A DNA stretch of 63,812 bases, filler included, from Octopus bimaculoides (Eukaryota), in the NCBI RefSeq assembly GCF_001194135.2. It is 8 parts of 7 records of this genome, joined end to end, with 100 filler letters (N's around TTAATTAATTAA, not from the genome) between each part and the next. Parts side by side here need not be neighbours in the genome. Positions count along the whole stretch, not along the records: positions 1 to 20,714 come from NC_068981.1; 7 more parts are not named here. One strand, 5' to 3'. Of this stretch, positions 1 to 13,400 are shown one piece after another. The notes beneath the pieces are model-generated. The model worked only from the letters and a program-made list of their open reading frames with translations, was not told the DNA's origin and searched no databases. A program made the translations under genes and the position numbers. How positions within the stretch are numbered: position 1 is the stretch's first letter; each line of letters starts with the position of its first letter.

Positions 1-26
1 TATATATGTATATACATATATATATA

Positions 27-310
27 AGTTCAAAAAAAGGAAAAAGACAAAAAACAACAACAAAAACAACAACGTGAGGACGTGATACAGATTGTGTTAC
101 TAGACGCTCGGGAAAGGAAAGAGAAAGAGAAGATGACGTTTCGAGCGGAGCTCTTCGTCGGAAACAAGGAAAGGCCAAAGAAGGGAAAAACGGAGGAAGA
201 AAAAATCGCCACCGATGTCCACAAGGTTAAGCAATTGCAGCGTGGAAGGTGTTTATATGTCATTTAAGAAACACACAAAAACCGTTAGATTCACTTCAAC
301 ATTTAAATTA
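27..310 (-). mobile_element. TA-embedded interspersed repeat carrying the hammerhead-like motif (Penelope pLTR/retrozyme-like), copy 1
   Basis: Positions 27-125 match 41835-41926 and the reverse complement of 58934-59028 (agttcaaaaa...gtgaggacgtgata...gacgctc(g/a)ggaaaggaaagaga). Flanked by (TA)n. Right boundary is uncertain. Confidence 0.6.
131..166 (-). ncRNA. Minimal type-I hammerhead-ribozyme-like motif (variant core, probably degenerate)
   Basis: Minus strand reads UGUUU-CCGACGA-A-GAGC-UCC-GCUC-GAAAC-GUC-AUCU: CUGANGA-like core (U4>C), 4-bp stem II, GAAA, loop-less palindromic ACGU stem III and a GUC cleavage triplet. Stem I is poorly paired in this copy. Confidence 0.55.
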
Positions 311-2581
311 CTCGGCATCCCAAACACATGGCCAACCCAACGGGGAAGACAATGAAGGATACAGGACTCAAAGCTTTAGACTCCAGGACTCACGAGGGTT
401 TCAGTATGAAGCACCTAGTTCCGCCACATAAAGCCGAGGGTGATTTGGAGCGATGTGATATACAGAGTAATATCCTAAATAAGTTTACATCGCACTTAAT
501 ACCTATTCGGAGATAATAAAACTAATATAATGATATGATTTATGTTATAATTTGCAGTCACATATTGTTACCTGAGCGTTTCATATACCACGTAAAAATC
601 CAAATATGGGTGCAGATTACGTATACTGAATAGTTGTGGTACTTATAGATGTGATATTTATAGATAACATTTCATATAGAATATACCATACTATATTTCA
701 AATGCTTCTGGTTGGTAGAGTACTGTAATTGAGCTCAGACCATTCATTGAAAATACTACAGGCATCAAGAAAACTTCATAAAGACTTGTATAACGAAAGT
801 TGAATTATTACGAAAAATTGCATTGCAATCATATCTCTTATCGGAGGATAAGACTGCCTAAAATATATAAAATCCATCTGCTTTCTTAAAGAAAAGAAAT
901 TGCTTGCGGCACAAAGATGATGGTAATTTTGTTAGAAACATAATGAAGCATGCGAAAATAATATTTATCATACCAAATAATCAATACAATTTTAACTACA
1001 TATAATTGCGTGAAAGTGAAGCAAGATGTGCGAACTACATTGAATAATAGCTAGTAAATTAATATAATACATCTTGACTACGAGATGCCTAGTGATCTGG
1101 ATTAAATTCATTGAGCATACAAAACGGTGGTGGGCGATTTTTAAATATACAATGACATGAGGAATAAATATTATCGCAGTTTGTTTAAAAGGTATTTATC
1201 GATAAAGGGCAATATATATTATTTATATTAAGTGCGATATTCAAATTGATAACCCACGTAAAATGAAATTGCTACAGTTTCAAAATTATATTAAATTCTG
1301 TAAGTATTAATATTAGGCATCTAATAAAATTTACACAAGTGAATTAACTTAGAAACACAATGAATACTTTTATTATTGTAAGATAATATAAAATATATTA
1401 TCTTACAGACTTCGATACCATGCAATTTTGTGAACTCATTTCTGAAGCTTTCTGTTGCAAATCTAAGAATTCTGTAAAATGTACACTACCACAACTCAGG
1501 CTATGTGCTTTTATGCTGGTATTCGTTGACCGATTTGAGAATGACAGGCAAAAACAATAATGAGTATTTTATATTACACGATTTATTTAACTGTGTAGTT
1601 TTGACCATATTATGACATGTGTATTGTTATTTAACTTCACATTCCTTACAGTAACACAAACAAAAAAGAAGATTGTTTTACACTAAAAGAATTTCCATGA
1701 AATGACTTGGAATTAATTTTAAAATATTGGGTCTTATATTCCAAAACCAAAATAAGTAACTATCGTCTTTGGTTCCAAACCGTTTGAGGTCTAGTCAGTA
1801 ACCACACAAAAGACAGCCAGTTCCATCGACAAATCCAGACAACAACACCGGTCCAACCAACAGCATTAAGGTAATCTCTTTCTTCGCCGCCACCATCTTC
1901 TTAACGACATCAACAACATCTCTACGTACATAGCTCTACCAGCAACACTGCACAAGTTCTAACATAGCACTGTTCGTGAAATACTTCATCATGGTTAACA
2001 GCAAATACACAGCCTGCGAGAACTGCTGTACACGTGACTCAGGCATCAGCATTACAACCACAACTTCGTACCACACGTACTGCAACTGGCTCCTCATCGT
2101 CGCCGTACGTTCTTGATACAGTATTTCTATTACCGAGTACACCTCAATACAAACTGGCATTTCTCATTCTAGTGCCTATGAATATTCGGCTAATATTTTC
2201 TGTATATTGAAACTAAAATTGACACTTCTTTGACGCGATTCCAGCTTCTCTTTCACGCACACACAGAAACACATGTCTATATACATAGATAACGACATAC
2301 ACACATGCATACATACATACACACACACATGTATATATATATATATNNNNNNNNNNNNNNNNNNNNNNNNNNNNNNNNNNNNNNNNNNNNNNNNNNNNNN
2401 NNNNNNNNNNNNNNNNNNNNNNNNNNNNNNNNNNNNNNNNNNNNNNNNNNNNNNNNNNNNNNNNNNNNNNNNNNNNNNNNNNNNNNNNNNNNNNNNNNNN
2501 NNNNNNNNNNNNNNNNNNNNNNNNNNNNNNNNNNNNNNNNNNNNNNNNNNNNNNNNNNNNNNNNNNNNNNNNNNNNNNNNN

Positions 2582-2640
<59 letters not shown>

Positions 2641-3929
2641 AAGAAAGAATGAGATAGTGTGTAAACCTTTCTTATCAATAAGTGAATTGCAGTAACAGTA
2701 ATGGTATTTGTCAGGCAATATGACTTACATCTATATGTTTGTCGATTTGAATTAAGCATCTTACATTTAATGGTTTCCGATTAATCAATGATGCTGAAGG
2801 CTATATATTTATTGACACATGCCGGCTGAGTATACATCAAGCGTCTTACAACAGATGTGCAAAATATTGAATAATAATTATATTTTTGAATACCGTCATT
2901 GTAGACAATTATTTTTGCAAGGTATCGTCAATAATATACACAATAGTTGTTCCGTATAATTTAATTGTCCTCTGTCTGTAGTATGGAAATTTTAGGGATC
3001 TCCAACGAGATTTCCAATAAGTAAGCAAAAGATTGGTGACTAAATCAAAGAAGTTATTTTGATCGGACTTCTAACAATTATGCAAGGTTAACATAAGAAT
3101 ATAAATGAAATATTATGAATTTCTTTTGTCTGGCACGAGAGCATAAAAATGAGGGGAACACTACAAGGAGAGTTTGCAATTTATGTGAGAAATTTCAAAA
3201 TAGATGAGAGGGAAGTATAACATATATTGTACATAATATACAAAATACTTGAAGACACATATGATAGCGTTTTTCTAATACTGCAGAGCCTCGGACTTGG
3301 GTCAGTAACTGAATCCCGTAGAACAAGGGTCAACTCAGAAAAGAAGAACAACAGAACAAATAGTTGGAAAGAGAAAGCGTTACTTATTTAATTCATGTAA
3401 GAAATCGAGAAATTTGAAAATAAAGAAGACTTCTTATAATTGAACAACGGAAATATAAAACGAGAAAATGAGTCGCTTAATATAGCAACAAAGAACGAAC
3501 TTCATAGTGACAAATAGTGATAAATCTCAACAAGACGACGAATGGAGAACTGTAGGGAAAGTGATGAATGCGTTAAATTTTGGAGCAAGTCAGCATTATG
3601 GAGGAAGGAGTTTAGCCTGTTACGGACCCTGGGACTTCGCTGGCACTTAATTTGTCGATCCTGGAAAGATGAACTGGAAAGTTGACCTGACAACGTTAAG
3701 ACAATGATGATAATAAAGAGAAGGAGGATGGGTCTGATGAGAATAATGGTGACTTTGGTCAGCATGAATACATTCCGGTCCTGGTTATGTAATGTCATGT
3801 ATAATGACCAAAGTATCTCCTCATAAAATGTGAGCTTACTATGACAGAACCACCAATGCAAAAACCGAATTAGAAGAGAACGTTAAGAAGTCACTGCTTT
3901 TGTGCATCAGCATATAATTCGACATACAT

Positions 3930-4870
3930 TTTGGGCAACACTTGTTTCACTCACGTCTAAGAAATCTAAGATTGCTGGACGCATTATCCGGATAAGAATA
4001 ATTACGTACTTTGATATACCAAGTGGTTTTCGGATTGGACGCAGTTGGATGGCACTAACCTAAAAAAAACCTCGTGAGAAGAAAGAACACTGACTGTACC
4101 TACCTTGATTTTGATAAAGTGTTTGACAAAATTGATCATGGAATCATCTGTCATACGATAAAGTATCTTGCTATCACAGGAAAAATCGGTGAATGGCAGT
4201 TTGACTTCTTCAGGATAGAAATCAATCTGTTTTCTTTTCGCAAAGTCATCAGTAAAACGTGGTGTACTTCGTGTTACAGTTCTAGAACCATTATTATTTA
4301 TCAACAACCTATCAGGTACGTGTTCACAAGTGCCCTCGGCCAACCTGAGGAACTGCGCTGATGAGAAAAATATTGATGGCTATCAAATTCCTGAGGATGT
4401 CGTCACACTTCAACAAAATGAGCTAAAAGTCATTTATCGACGGGCAAAAGAAATTAAAATGAGATTTAATGCATCAAAACTGCAGGTTCTGGATTTCGTA
4501 TGATTGCACACAAATTACATTAATTGATACCAAATAGCACCATGATTCAGAGTGCAAATAACATACGTTTTTTACGAGTAATCATGCCAAAGAATGTATC
4601 TTTCACCATCTACATCACCAAATTGACCACTAAATGCAGATATTTCATAGGGTAGATCCAACGAATATTTGTGTAAACAGAACCGGTAGTTAAGCAAACT
4701 CTATGGAAATCACTAATTCTGAGCATATTGGATAACTGCTCACAGCTTTGGTCTCGTCTTCTGGAAGATATTAAAGGGTTTCAATAAACGTTCACCAGTA
4801 AAATAATTTCGGTTAAAAGCCATAATAACAAAGAACGTCTGAAAGCTTTGCATCTACGCACTCTTTAACG
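3930..4870 (+). mobile_element. Fossil CR1/L2-group LINE reverse transcriptase (frameshifted, with stops)
   Basis: Translated pieces in RT order: LVSLTSKKSKIAGRII..GFRIGRS; YLDFDKVFDKIDHGII; GVLRVTVLEPLLF (GVPQGxVLGPLLF); CADE (YADD); MRFNASK; TLWKSLILSILDNCSQLWS; ERLKALHL. May extend upstream to about 3290. Confidence 0.85.
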
Positions 4871-4878
4871 TCAAATAG

Positions 4879-5350
4879 TTATGTGTTGTACATGCAAACA
4901 TATGTGCTCTTTTGTCACTAGAAACAATGAAGTGAAGTGTCTAAGTCAAACTGAACACACAAACTGCAAGTGTAAGTAGATTCAACTTCTAGTTATAATA
5001 CAACATATCATTTTATATATATTCAGTACAATCACACGAAACGCCTACAAAGTCAATTACAGGCCAATTTTCATCCGTAATGTGACAACAAAACTGGAAG
5101 ATAATAATTAAAACAGTGGTGCTCCAGTATAGCCGAAGTTCTACTTAAATTATAAAAGAATACGTTATAGTAATATATCAGTATAATTATGTGTTGTACA
5201 TGCAAACATATGTGCTCTTTTGTCACTAGAAACAATGAAGTGAAGTGTCTAAGTCAAACTGAACACACAAACTGCAAGTGTAAGTAGATTCAACTTCTAG
5301 TTATAATACAACATATCATTTTATGTATATTCAGTACAATCACACGAAAC
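4879..5350 (+). repeat. 164-bp direct repeat x2 (4879-5042 and 5187-5350) with a 144-bp spacer
   Basis: Copies identical except one A/G difference. Confidence 0.9.
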
Positions 5351-8300
5351 ATTCTTGGACAAACAAATACGAAATGAAGGTTTAATAACAAGTAAAGAAT
5401 AAAATGGGCAAGCTTTATTTATACTACGTACCGTAACATATTGCACCAAATGGGTGGTAAGTATTAAATAAACAAAAAAAAAACGTGATGATAAGTTACG
5501 TATTATGAGTTAATTCTGATCATTTTACGAAATGCGACGTTCAGGAGATAAATCATCACTCTTAATTCAAAGGCCCAAAATATTAAATATAAGTAAATAT
5601 ACGTTAAGTAATGGAAAAATGGGAACTGAATAGTTAATTTATCATGTTATTAAATGGAAGAGCTATATTTGAGAAACACGGTAATATAAAAGTGAGCGAA
5701 AATAAAACACCGAACGCACTAGCTAATTTTAGGTGTTTGGCAGAAAAAGGAAGGAATCCGTACCAAGGGAGAAATAAATACATATATTTAGAGAACACAC
5801 ACATTTCTTTTAAATGCCGTATACTCCATAGAATGACGTAGGGCGAAAAAAATTAAAGCACATGTAGTATACTGGCAAATCTCTACATGAATAAGCAACT
5901 ATTGAAATATATCAGCCATGTAATGCTAAAATGAAATTTACGTTATTGGAAATCAACTAGTCAATCAAGAGCATCCTATACCCATGAGAAGACCAATCTC
6001 CCGAGAAATATCATCATACCACTCTCAAGTATTATTATACACAGAGAATTAGGCGAAAGCAAAAATTTCGAGAGAGAACACTGTTACAGTAAATTGACTA
6101 CAAAATAATAGCAGTAGCGTAACAAAAATATTCAGAATTAAACTCATGGAAAATAAGCATAATGCAACAAAGCTACTTGGTATGAAGGAAATCATAATAC
6201 TAACAAGAAAGCAACTACAATGTCATACAGCTATAGAAATGAACAAAACGTTTGAATAGGTTAGAACAATAAAAAACTGAAAATGGACTTACTATGCATA
6301 TCTAATAACATGAAGTGTAAAACGTCAAACTTACCGAAAGACTTCACAGAGAGGATGAATAGTAGAAAATATTTGGGCAAAAAGTAAAAGCAGTGTCTGA
6401 TACTAGCTGAGACAAACCTATGCCAAGTTACAAAAATATTCACCTCCCCCAAAACAATACAATGGACACTCCTTCATGTTTTTACACAGTACTGGAAGCA
6501 CTTAGTAGCTTCGAAAACCAAAGCTAAATCACATAGGACAACTGCATTTTAATGCAAACAAAGGATTACAATTCAAAAATGTGATTGCTGTACTCTACAA
6601 ACATATATTGACGTGTACCTTGTAATGTAAACACTCGAAAAGAAAGCTGGAGACAAAACACCACACGACACGTTTATGTGTTGATGTGTGTCTAATAGAT
6701 GGATGTCTACAATGATTTTTTAAAGTTTCGGCAGTTTTGTTGTATATCTGATACTGGAGAAATATATTACTTTGATATTGAAGAGAGGTATCCTTTGATA
6801 GGTTTCTATTATTTCGGCATTCTTGGTTTCTGATTTATAATGAGCAAGTACATAAGTTTATTAGTGTTTGCTAATGCTTTCTAGATTTAGTTGTTTGTAT
6901 TGATTTTAAAATGGTGGGGGGTTTACATTCATAAACAAGCAACGTGAATATTACTTCTGATCCGGTGATAACGTTTAGAACAGCTGAGAAGTGAGACACC
7001 AGGCATTGCTTGTGTAATTCGGAAAATTACATCACTAAACGGATTATACCAGATAACGCCCAAATGGCAGCTAAATATTTCTCTCTACTTTGAGACTGTT
7101 AGTAAATTCTTTTAAGAGAAAAGTAAAGTGTTTTACTGTAGCATTATTGCATACTGTGGAAATATAAATAAAGTTCATGCGTTTTTATACACGAAATTTA
7201 TTGTTATATAGATGTTGTTAAAATATTTTGAAAACATTCAGTTTGATTTTGAATTTACTGCTTAGTACAAGGTTTTCTAATGGTTGTTCTTATTTATCGA
7301 TCATAATTTACTCTCAGTCATTCGTTGACCAACAGTAGGAACAGAGAGCGATTCTGTTTTCCTCGTAGCACACAGTTACTATATGAAGAATATTTTGTAA
7401 AGATTTGATTCCTTTTAATTGTTTCATATTTTAAAATTGGTTTATGGTATGTTAGCTGCTAATGCCAGTTTTGTTATATTATCTATAATTTATTTATAGT
7501 GCTACCACATTTTGTTTTACACATGTTAATGTCTGTTTAGCCTACGTTCTTCAAATTTCATTTGTAGCGGATCTGAGATTTATTAATTTGATTTAAGTTA
7601 TGTCTACCTCCTTGTGAAACTGAAGTAGATTATTCCATTGGTTATTATTTTACCGTTTTTTATCGATTATGTAACGTAATTTCTTTTTCTTCATGTATTA
7701 CATAATATCCGTTTGCTATGCTTATTTATTTAATTTAATAGTTTTCATATTCTGCAGTTCTGTTAGCAGTATTATCCGTTTTGTCTGTGCTCTCTGTCTT
7801 CTATACGTTATCTTATGCATATTTTATCCTTGGTTACCGTAGATATGTAATGACTGATGTTGAAGATCTGGTATTTGTATTTGTAAGTATAAGTGGCGAT
7901 TTAATGAAGATACTGAGCTTAGGTTTGGTTCCTGATTCTTGTCAGCAATCTTCAAGCAGCGTTTACATTTTGACATGTTCACAGTAGCCTATAAAATGTT
8001 ACTGCCCAGGTGTCCACACCGTAATTATAACTGTTACTCAGCAAAAAAATGCGAGCTATACCGTTGTAGTGCTTGTTTATTTGTATATGTTTTTATGGCG
8101 AAACTTCTAAATATTGTCATCTTATTTTCTCCGTCATGTTTCCCAATGAATAAGTGTTTAGAAATTGCATGGGTTGTGACTCCTTCATGGCTTCGATTCC
8201 TGGAAGTGGCAGTATGGTGTTTTCTTGAACAAACGACTTTATTTAACGTTGTTCCATTCCACTAAACAGTAAATGTTTAAAACTGTGACAGAATGGCCTT

Positions 8301-8885
8301 CCGGTCTCGGGGTATGTTGGTCTACTCACTTATCCCGCGGCGTGACGTCGTTCCAAAGCTAAAACAACGCTAAGGGCATTGTGATGAGTGATGTAACACA
8401 ACATCCGCTAGTCTGGTCGATACTGTAGCACTGTGATATGTATATACACGTATATCTATACATGTTTGTGTTTGTGTATGTGCGTGTGTTTGTCTATATT
8501 TTAATGCTTATGTTTACGTTATGAAAACATTTTTAGAGTAAATTCTAGGGTTACTCAATACATATGATACAGAACAAATTTATCATTCTTTAACAAGAAT
8601 AGTTTTGAGAATGGCTTCGAAGTTTCCGCCTGTTGAGTTGCTATCGAGCTGTCCGATGATAGGTCAGTAGTGCAAAACTTTGAGGTCAATGTCAGTATTA
8701 ACCTTCTTAAAGAATAATACTCCCCACACACGCACACCCACACGCTATAAAATTGAGAAACAACCTGTATATTTTTTGTGCTCCACTCACAAATTGCACT
8801 TGTAATATATGAATTATAGCACGACGATTTCTCCTGCTGAAAATCCCAGTTTATCCAGATTCCCCTTTAAGCATATTGATGTATG

Positions 8886-8919
<34 letters not shown>

Positions 8920-9732
8920 TGTATGTTTGTATGTATGTATGCATGTATGTGTGTGTATTTATAAATGTATGCTTTTCAATACAGTGACCCTTCTCTCTCT
9001 CTTTTACCACAACCATCTCTCTATCTGTCTGACTATCAGTCTATCTATCTATCTCTCTATCTGCCTGTCTATCTATCTATCTGCTTATACATCTTCCATT
9101 GTCTCCAAAGCCTCACCCACCNNNNNNNNNNNNNNNNNNNNNNNNNNNNNNNNNNNNNNNNNNNNNNNNNNNNNNNNNNNNNNNNNNNNNNNNNNNNNNN
9201 NNNNNNNNNNNNNNNNNNNNNNNNNNNNNNNNNNNNNNNNNNNNNNNNNNNNNNNNNNNNNNNNNNNNNNNNNNNNNNNNNNNNNNNNNNNNNNNNNNNN
9301 NNNNNNNNNNNNNNNNNNNNNNNNNNNNNNNNNNNNNNNNNNNNNNNNNNNNNNNNNNNNNNNNNNNNNNNNNNNNNNNNNNNNNNNNNNNNNNNNNNNN
9401 NNNNNNNNNNNNNNNNNNNNNNNNNNNNNNNNATATATATATATATATATATATACGTGCGCATGCATGCGTATACGCATGTGCGCATGTATGTATGTAC
9501 GTATGTTTGGATGTGTGCATTTACGTATGTAAGTGTGTAGACTTGTTTGCGTGTGTGTATATGCGTACGTACATATAAATGTATGTTTATGCAGTGACAT
9601 GTGTGTCTGCTCGAGTTGTATATATAACTGTTACTCTATCGAAGTTTGTATATATATGCTCCTCTCACCGCCATCTAACGATGACTCGATAAAATGCCTT
9701 AGATACAGACATGCAAATACAAACATACCTAT

Positions 9733-9779
<47 letters not shown>

Positions 9780-10099
9780 ATATGTACAATCTTACAGTAT
9801 GAACATATATACGTTTATCCATTTACACATGTTACTATTTTCACTGACAACGGACAGGTTTGTTCATATATATATAGAAATATATACACATGCATATACA
9901 CACTTATACGCACGTACATACTCACGCATACATAGGCACACACGCGAAAGTACAAATAAATCAACGCATACTTACATACATATAAATATATGTACACTCA
10001 TACTATATATAATTCCATATATGTATATATCAGAATGATGCATCTCAATATGTATATACGTGTCTCTACATGTAAATGAGAAAAAGGGGTCACTATGGA

Positions 10100-10443
10100 T
10101 GGGTTCTCCCAAGTGGAATCTCGGTTTTATAACATTCCGATTTACAGTCGTGAGTGGCTTTGTACTACTGTATACTCACAGCTCCACTGATTTCTCTCAA
10201 TAATGCATCAGTGGCATGTGTAGATAGGATGTCTAATCTAAGTCTCCCTAAGGAGTCACTGTGGCAGTCTACAGTATGCTGACAGAAGATGGAGTTCGGT
10301 TTTTTTTTCTCAATGCAGTTATCCAGATTTTCTTTGAAACTATCATTGATGCTCCAAGATATCACACCGTTGTACGACTCTGGGAGGACCGCATGAGTCC
10401 CTTTCTAGCACATAATTTGGTATACACTGCTCTTCGTTTTACA
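10100..10443 (-). mobile_element. Degenerate Penelope-like element GIY-YIG endonuclease fragment
   Basis: One frame (two stops): CKTKSSVYQIMC*...SYNGVISWSINDSFKENLDN..KKPNSIFCQHTVDCH..ATDALLREISGAVSIQ*..KSEC..EIP, resembling the PLE pattern C..VY.I.C..YIGET.RS..R..EH..S..H..H..LRQI.EAV.I. Confidence 0.55.
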
Positions 10444-13400
10444 GTTCACATGTGAGTTTGTAGAACATACTACACAATTATTTTGACATGCGTTTCAATC
10501 AAATGGCTATGACTTAATATAGATTTGGCTTACAAATGTTTTCCATACTTAATATATTTACTGATTTAGCATAAATATATAGATATGTGAATTTAGTATG
10601 CACGTCGTTGCCAATTTCGAAGACGTGCGAAAGACATCATGCTTTGTTGTTACTCGCTACTAAATACCATTTTACTTACCTCTGATATGTATTTTGATTC
10701 TAACACAACGGGTCTATGAAAACATTTTCTGTAAGACAAAATCACAGAAACATGCCTATCAGTACTCTATAAGCGTTCACTACGATATAACTTTTGCGCT
10801 TATAAATTAATGTTGTTTCAAGTACTGCGTACGTAATTCACATATACACAAACACACAGACTGACACGCATATACGCATGTAAAGTGTGTGTTTGTGTTT
10901 TAGTGCACATGCGTATGCGTGTGTGCATGGCAATATGCGTGTGTGCTATGTTAGTATTTGTGAAATATATAGATACGTGTGTTTGTGTGGCTGTTTAATC
11001 ACTAAAACAGGGCTATAAAAAATCAACTCAAAATAACGCCTACAAAAGATTCGAAATGTTTAAATAACGATTAACTATGTATAATATAATCACTCTTCTC
11101 ATTTATATTTCTCTTTTCGCCAGATTCAAGCTGAATATGTGCCCCCGAAGCCATAATTATGTATACGGATTCCATTTTGGTTTTAAGAGCTATAATAGCT
11201 GGCTTCGCGAAATAGAAACTGGTTTAAAAGTGTTTTTGCATATTTGAATACTATACCATGTGTAATATTTATTCAAACACTTTTGCGTTGATATAGGTGC
11301 ATAATTACTTTGCAGCAGTCAAAGCCGTTATTTATTGGATATATAATTTTCTGCATTTATCTTTGAAGTAATGTGCTGCCCATTTTGCATGAATGTTCTT
11401 AAAAGTTTAGAAAATCATCGATATGTTTGGAATAGATTATAGTGGAAATTATATGAGAAAGGATCATCATTCTATATTTCTTTGACTGGAATGTTTTATA
11501 ATTACGCAAGAATAAGCAGCATATAATAGTAGCGGACACTAAGGTTTATCGAATATATATTCACTCACTAATTTTCAGCTGAACTCTGAAATTTTTGGAA
11601 ATCATAAATATTTAGTCTATACTTTATGATAATAGAATACTTTAGAAAATGCTTATTCTCAAGAATGTTACTTGTGTATTCCAGATACAAGTATACATTT
11701 ATATAAAACTATCAACTACTTTATGGTAACATATTTGGCTACCGTACACTTTCTTTGATATAAAATGTGTAGCGTTTACCTTTATTGTCGGTAATATTGT
11801 TAGTGATATACAGACATATTAAGAACCGAGAAATATATATATATGTGCGTGCCGAGAAATGCGTTTCATATAATTCCATGTAATATTTTGAAAAAAACAA
11901 ACAAACAAAAGCTATTTCTTAATTCCACTTCCACTTATAAATATTTATTTCGGAAACGGTTTATGTTGTAGTGTTCGATTTCTTTTCTTTTCTTTTATTT
12001 CACTGACAAGTGAGGTCGGTAAGATCACATTAAACTGTAACATAGGGCACTAGTGAGGGAAAAAATAATGAAGGAATTACAGACAATTTTTGATGTTGGT
12101 AAAATAACCTACTATTTAATGACGAAATAAATTTTATTTCCAAAGCACAATTTGTTCTTTATGCAGGATCATCGAAATTAAGTAATACTTAAATTAAATA
12201 GTGAAGGCTTATACATGATAACATTCTCACAATTCCGATCCCTCATACCTCTGCTAAGGAAGTATAGTATGAGGGTAAACCCAGTGTAATGGCAGATAGT
12301 GCATCATATTTTGTCTAAGGACCTCACGATTCTATCAACCTAACACCTTTAAACTTAAGAATGACTTTAAAAATAAACATGTGAACAGGATATAAAATAT
12401 AGAAGGCACGCGTAATTTCATAGCTATTTACTGCTATATTAGGATAGAATTTATTACACATAACCATGGTTACGTACTCACAATAGCTTAATCCATGTAT
12501 TTACTACAGAACGAAGCCCAGCTTCTAGGAAACCAGTAGCTGTTCTTCCTTTTGTTGTTTAGGATAAAATATATTTATTATTTAATATATTCCATTCAGT
12601 TATTGCGTGTTACTCGTTATATTAGTCGATGCTTTATTTTTCTTTCTTAGTTTCATTGACATTGTATTACAGACAGCATACTTAAAGTGTCGTTCAATCT
12701 CACTCCTCAACGCTATTTAAATATCTTTAGCAATTACTGACTGTTACAAGCATTCGAGCCAGTTGTTTCCTCAGAGTATTTATTCATCCTTCCCACCAAC
12801 CAATCTTCGATGCTCTGGAGAGTGTCATGCGCAATTCTCATCGTCCTCTAAACGAGTTATTGCAGCGAAAACAAGAATACTTATATGGTGCATCTGTATA
12901 AGTGCATCTGTTCTTGCACAAAGATGCCATTCTTCATATAGATTCCTGATAATTCGAAAAATGGGCAAACCATGCGAGATGATTTATGCTAGTGTGTATT
13001 ATCACACAATGGGAAGTTCATATTGACCTTAATTTCAGGAGCAAAAAGTTGGTTTTTAAATTGCAAACATTTATACTGTACTCACATTATAGTTAAAATG
13101 TTTTGTTTCTAGATGCAAAATTGTGACTAGTACATTCAGTGATCATAATCTAAATATTAACTTTCTGAAAATTTATTCGGATGTCCATTGATGACGATGG
13201 GGAGCCGCAACTTTCACTTGTTTCCTCCTCACTCCCTCTTCTCTGTATCAATGAAAGACGTGCCACCAACTCCGGGAGTGCCCATTGTTATGTAAATATT
13301 TGTACACCTCAGTATAAACTCTAACTTTTCTAGTCAAATATTATATTTTATATTCTAGTCAAATATATTTGCAACTTATTAGAAATATTCATCAACTGCA

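Noticed and set aside
4879-5350. TRIM/LTR interpretation of the 164-bp direct repeat
   Set aside because: No TG..CA boundaries, PBS, PPT or TSD; kept only as an unexplained duplication.
8290-8437. GC-elevated block resembling a recalled octopus LINE 3' end
   Set aside because: Single copy in the window; identity rests on memory only.
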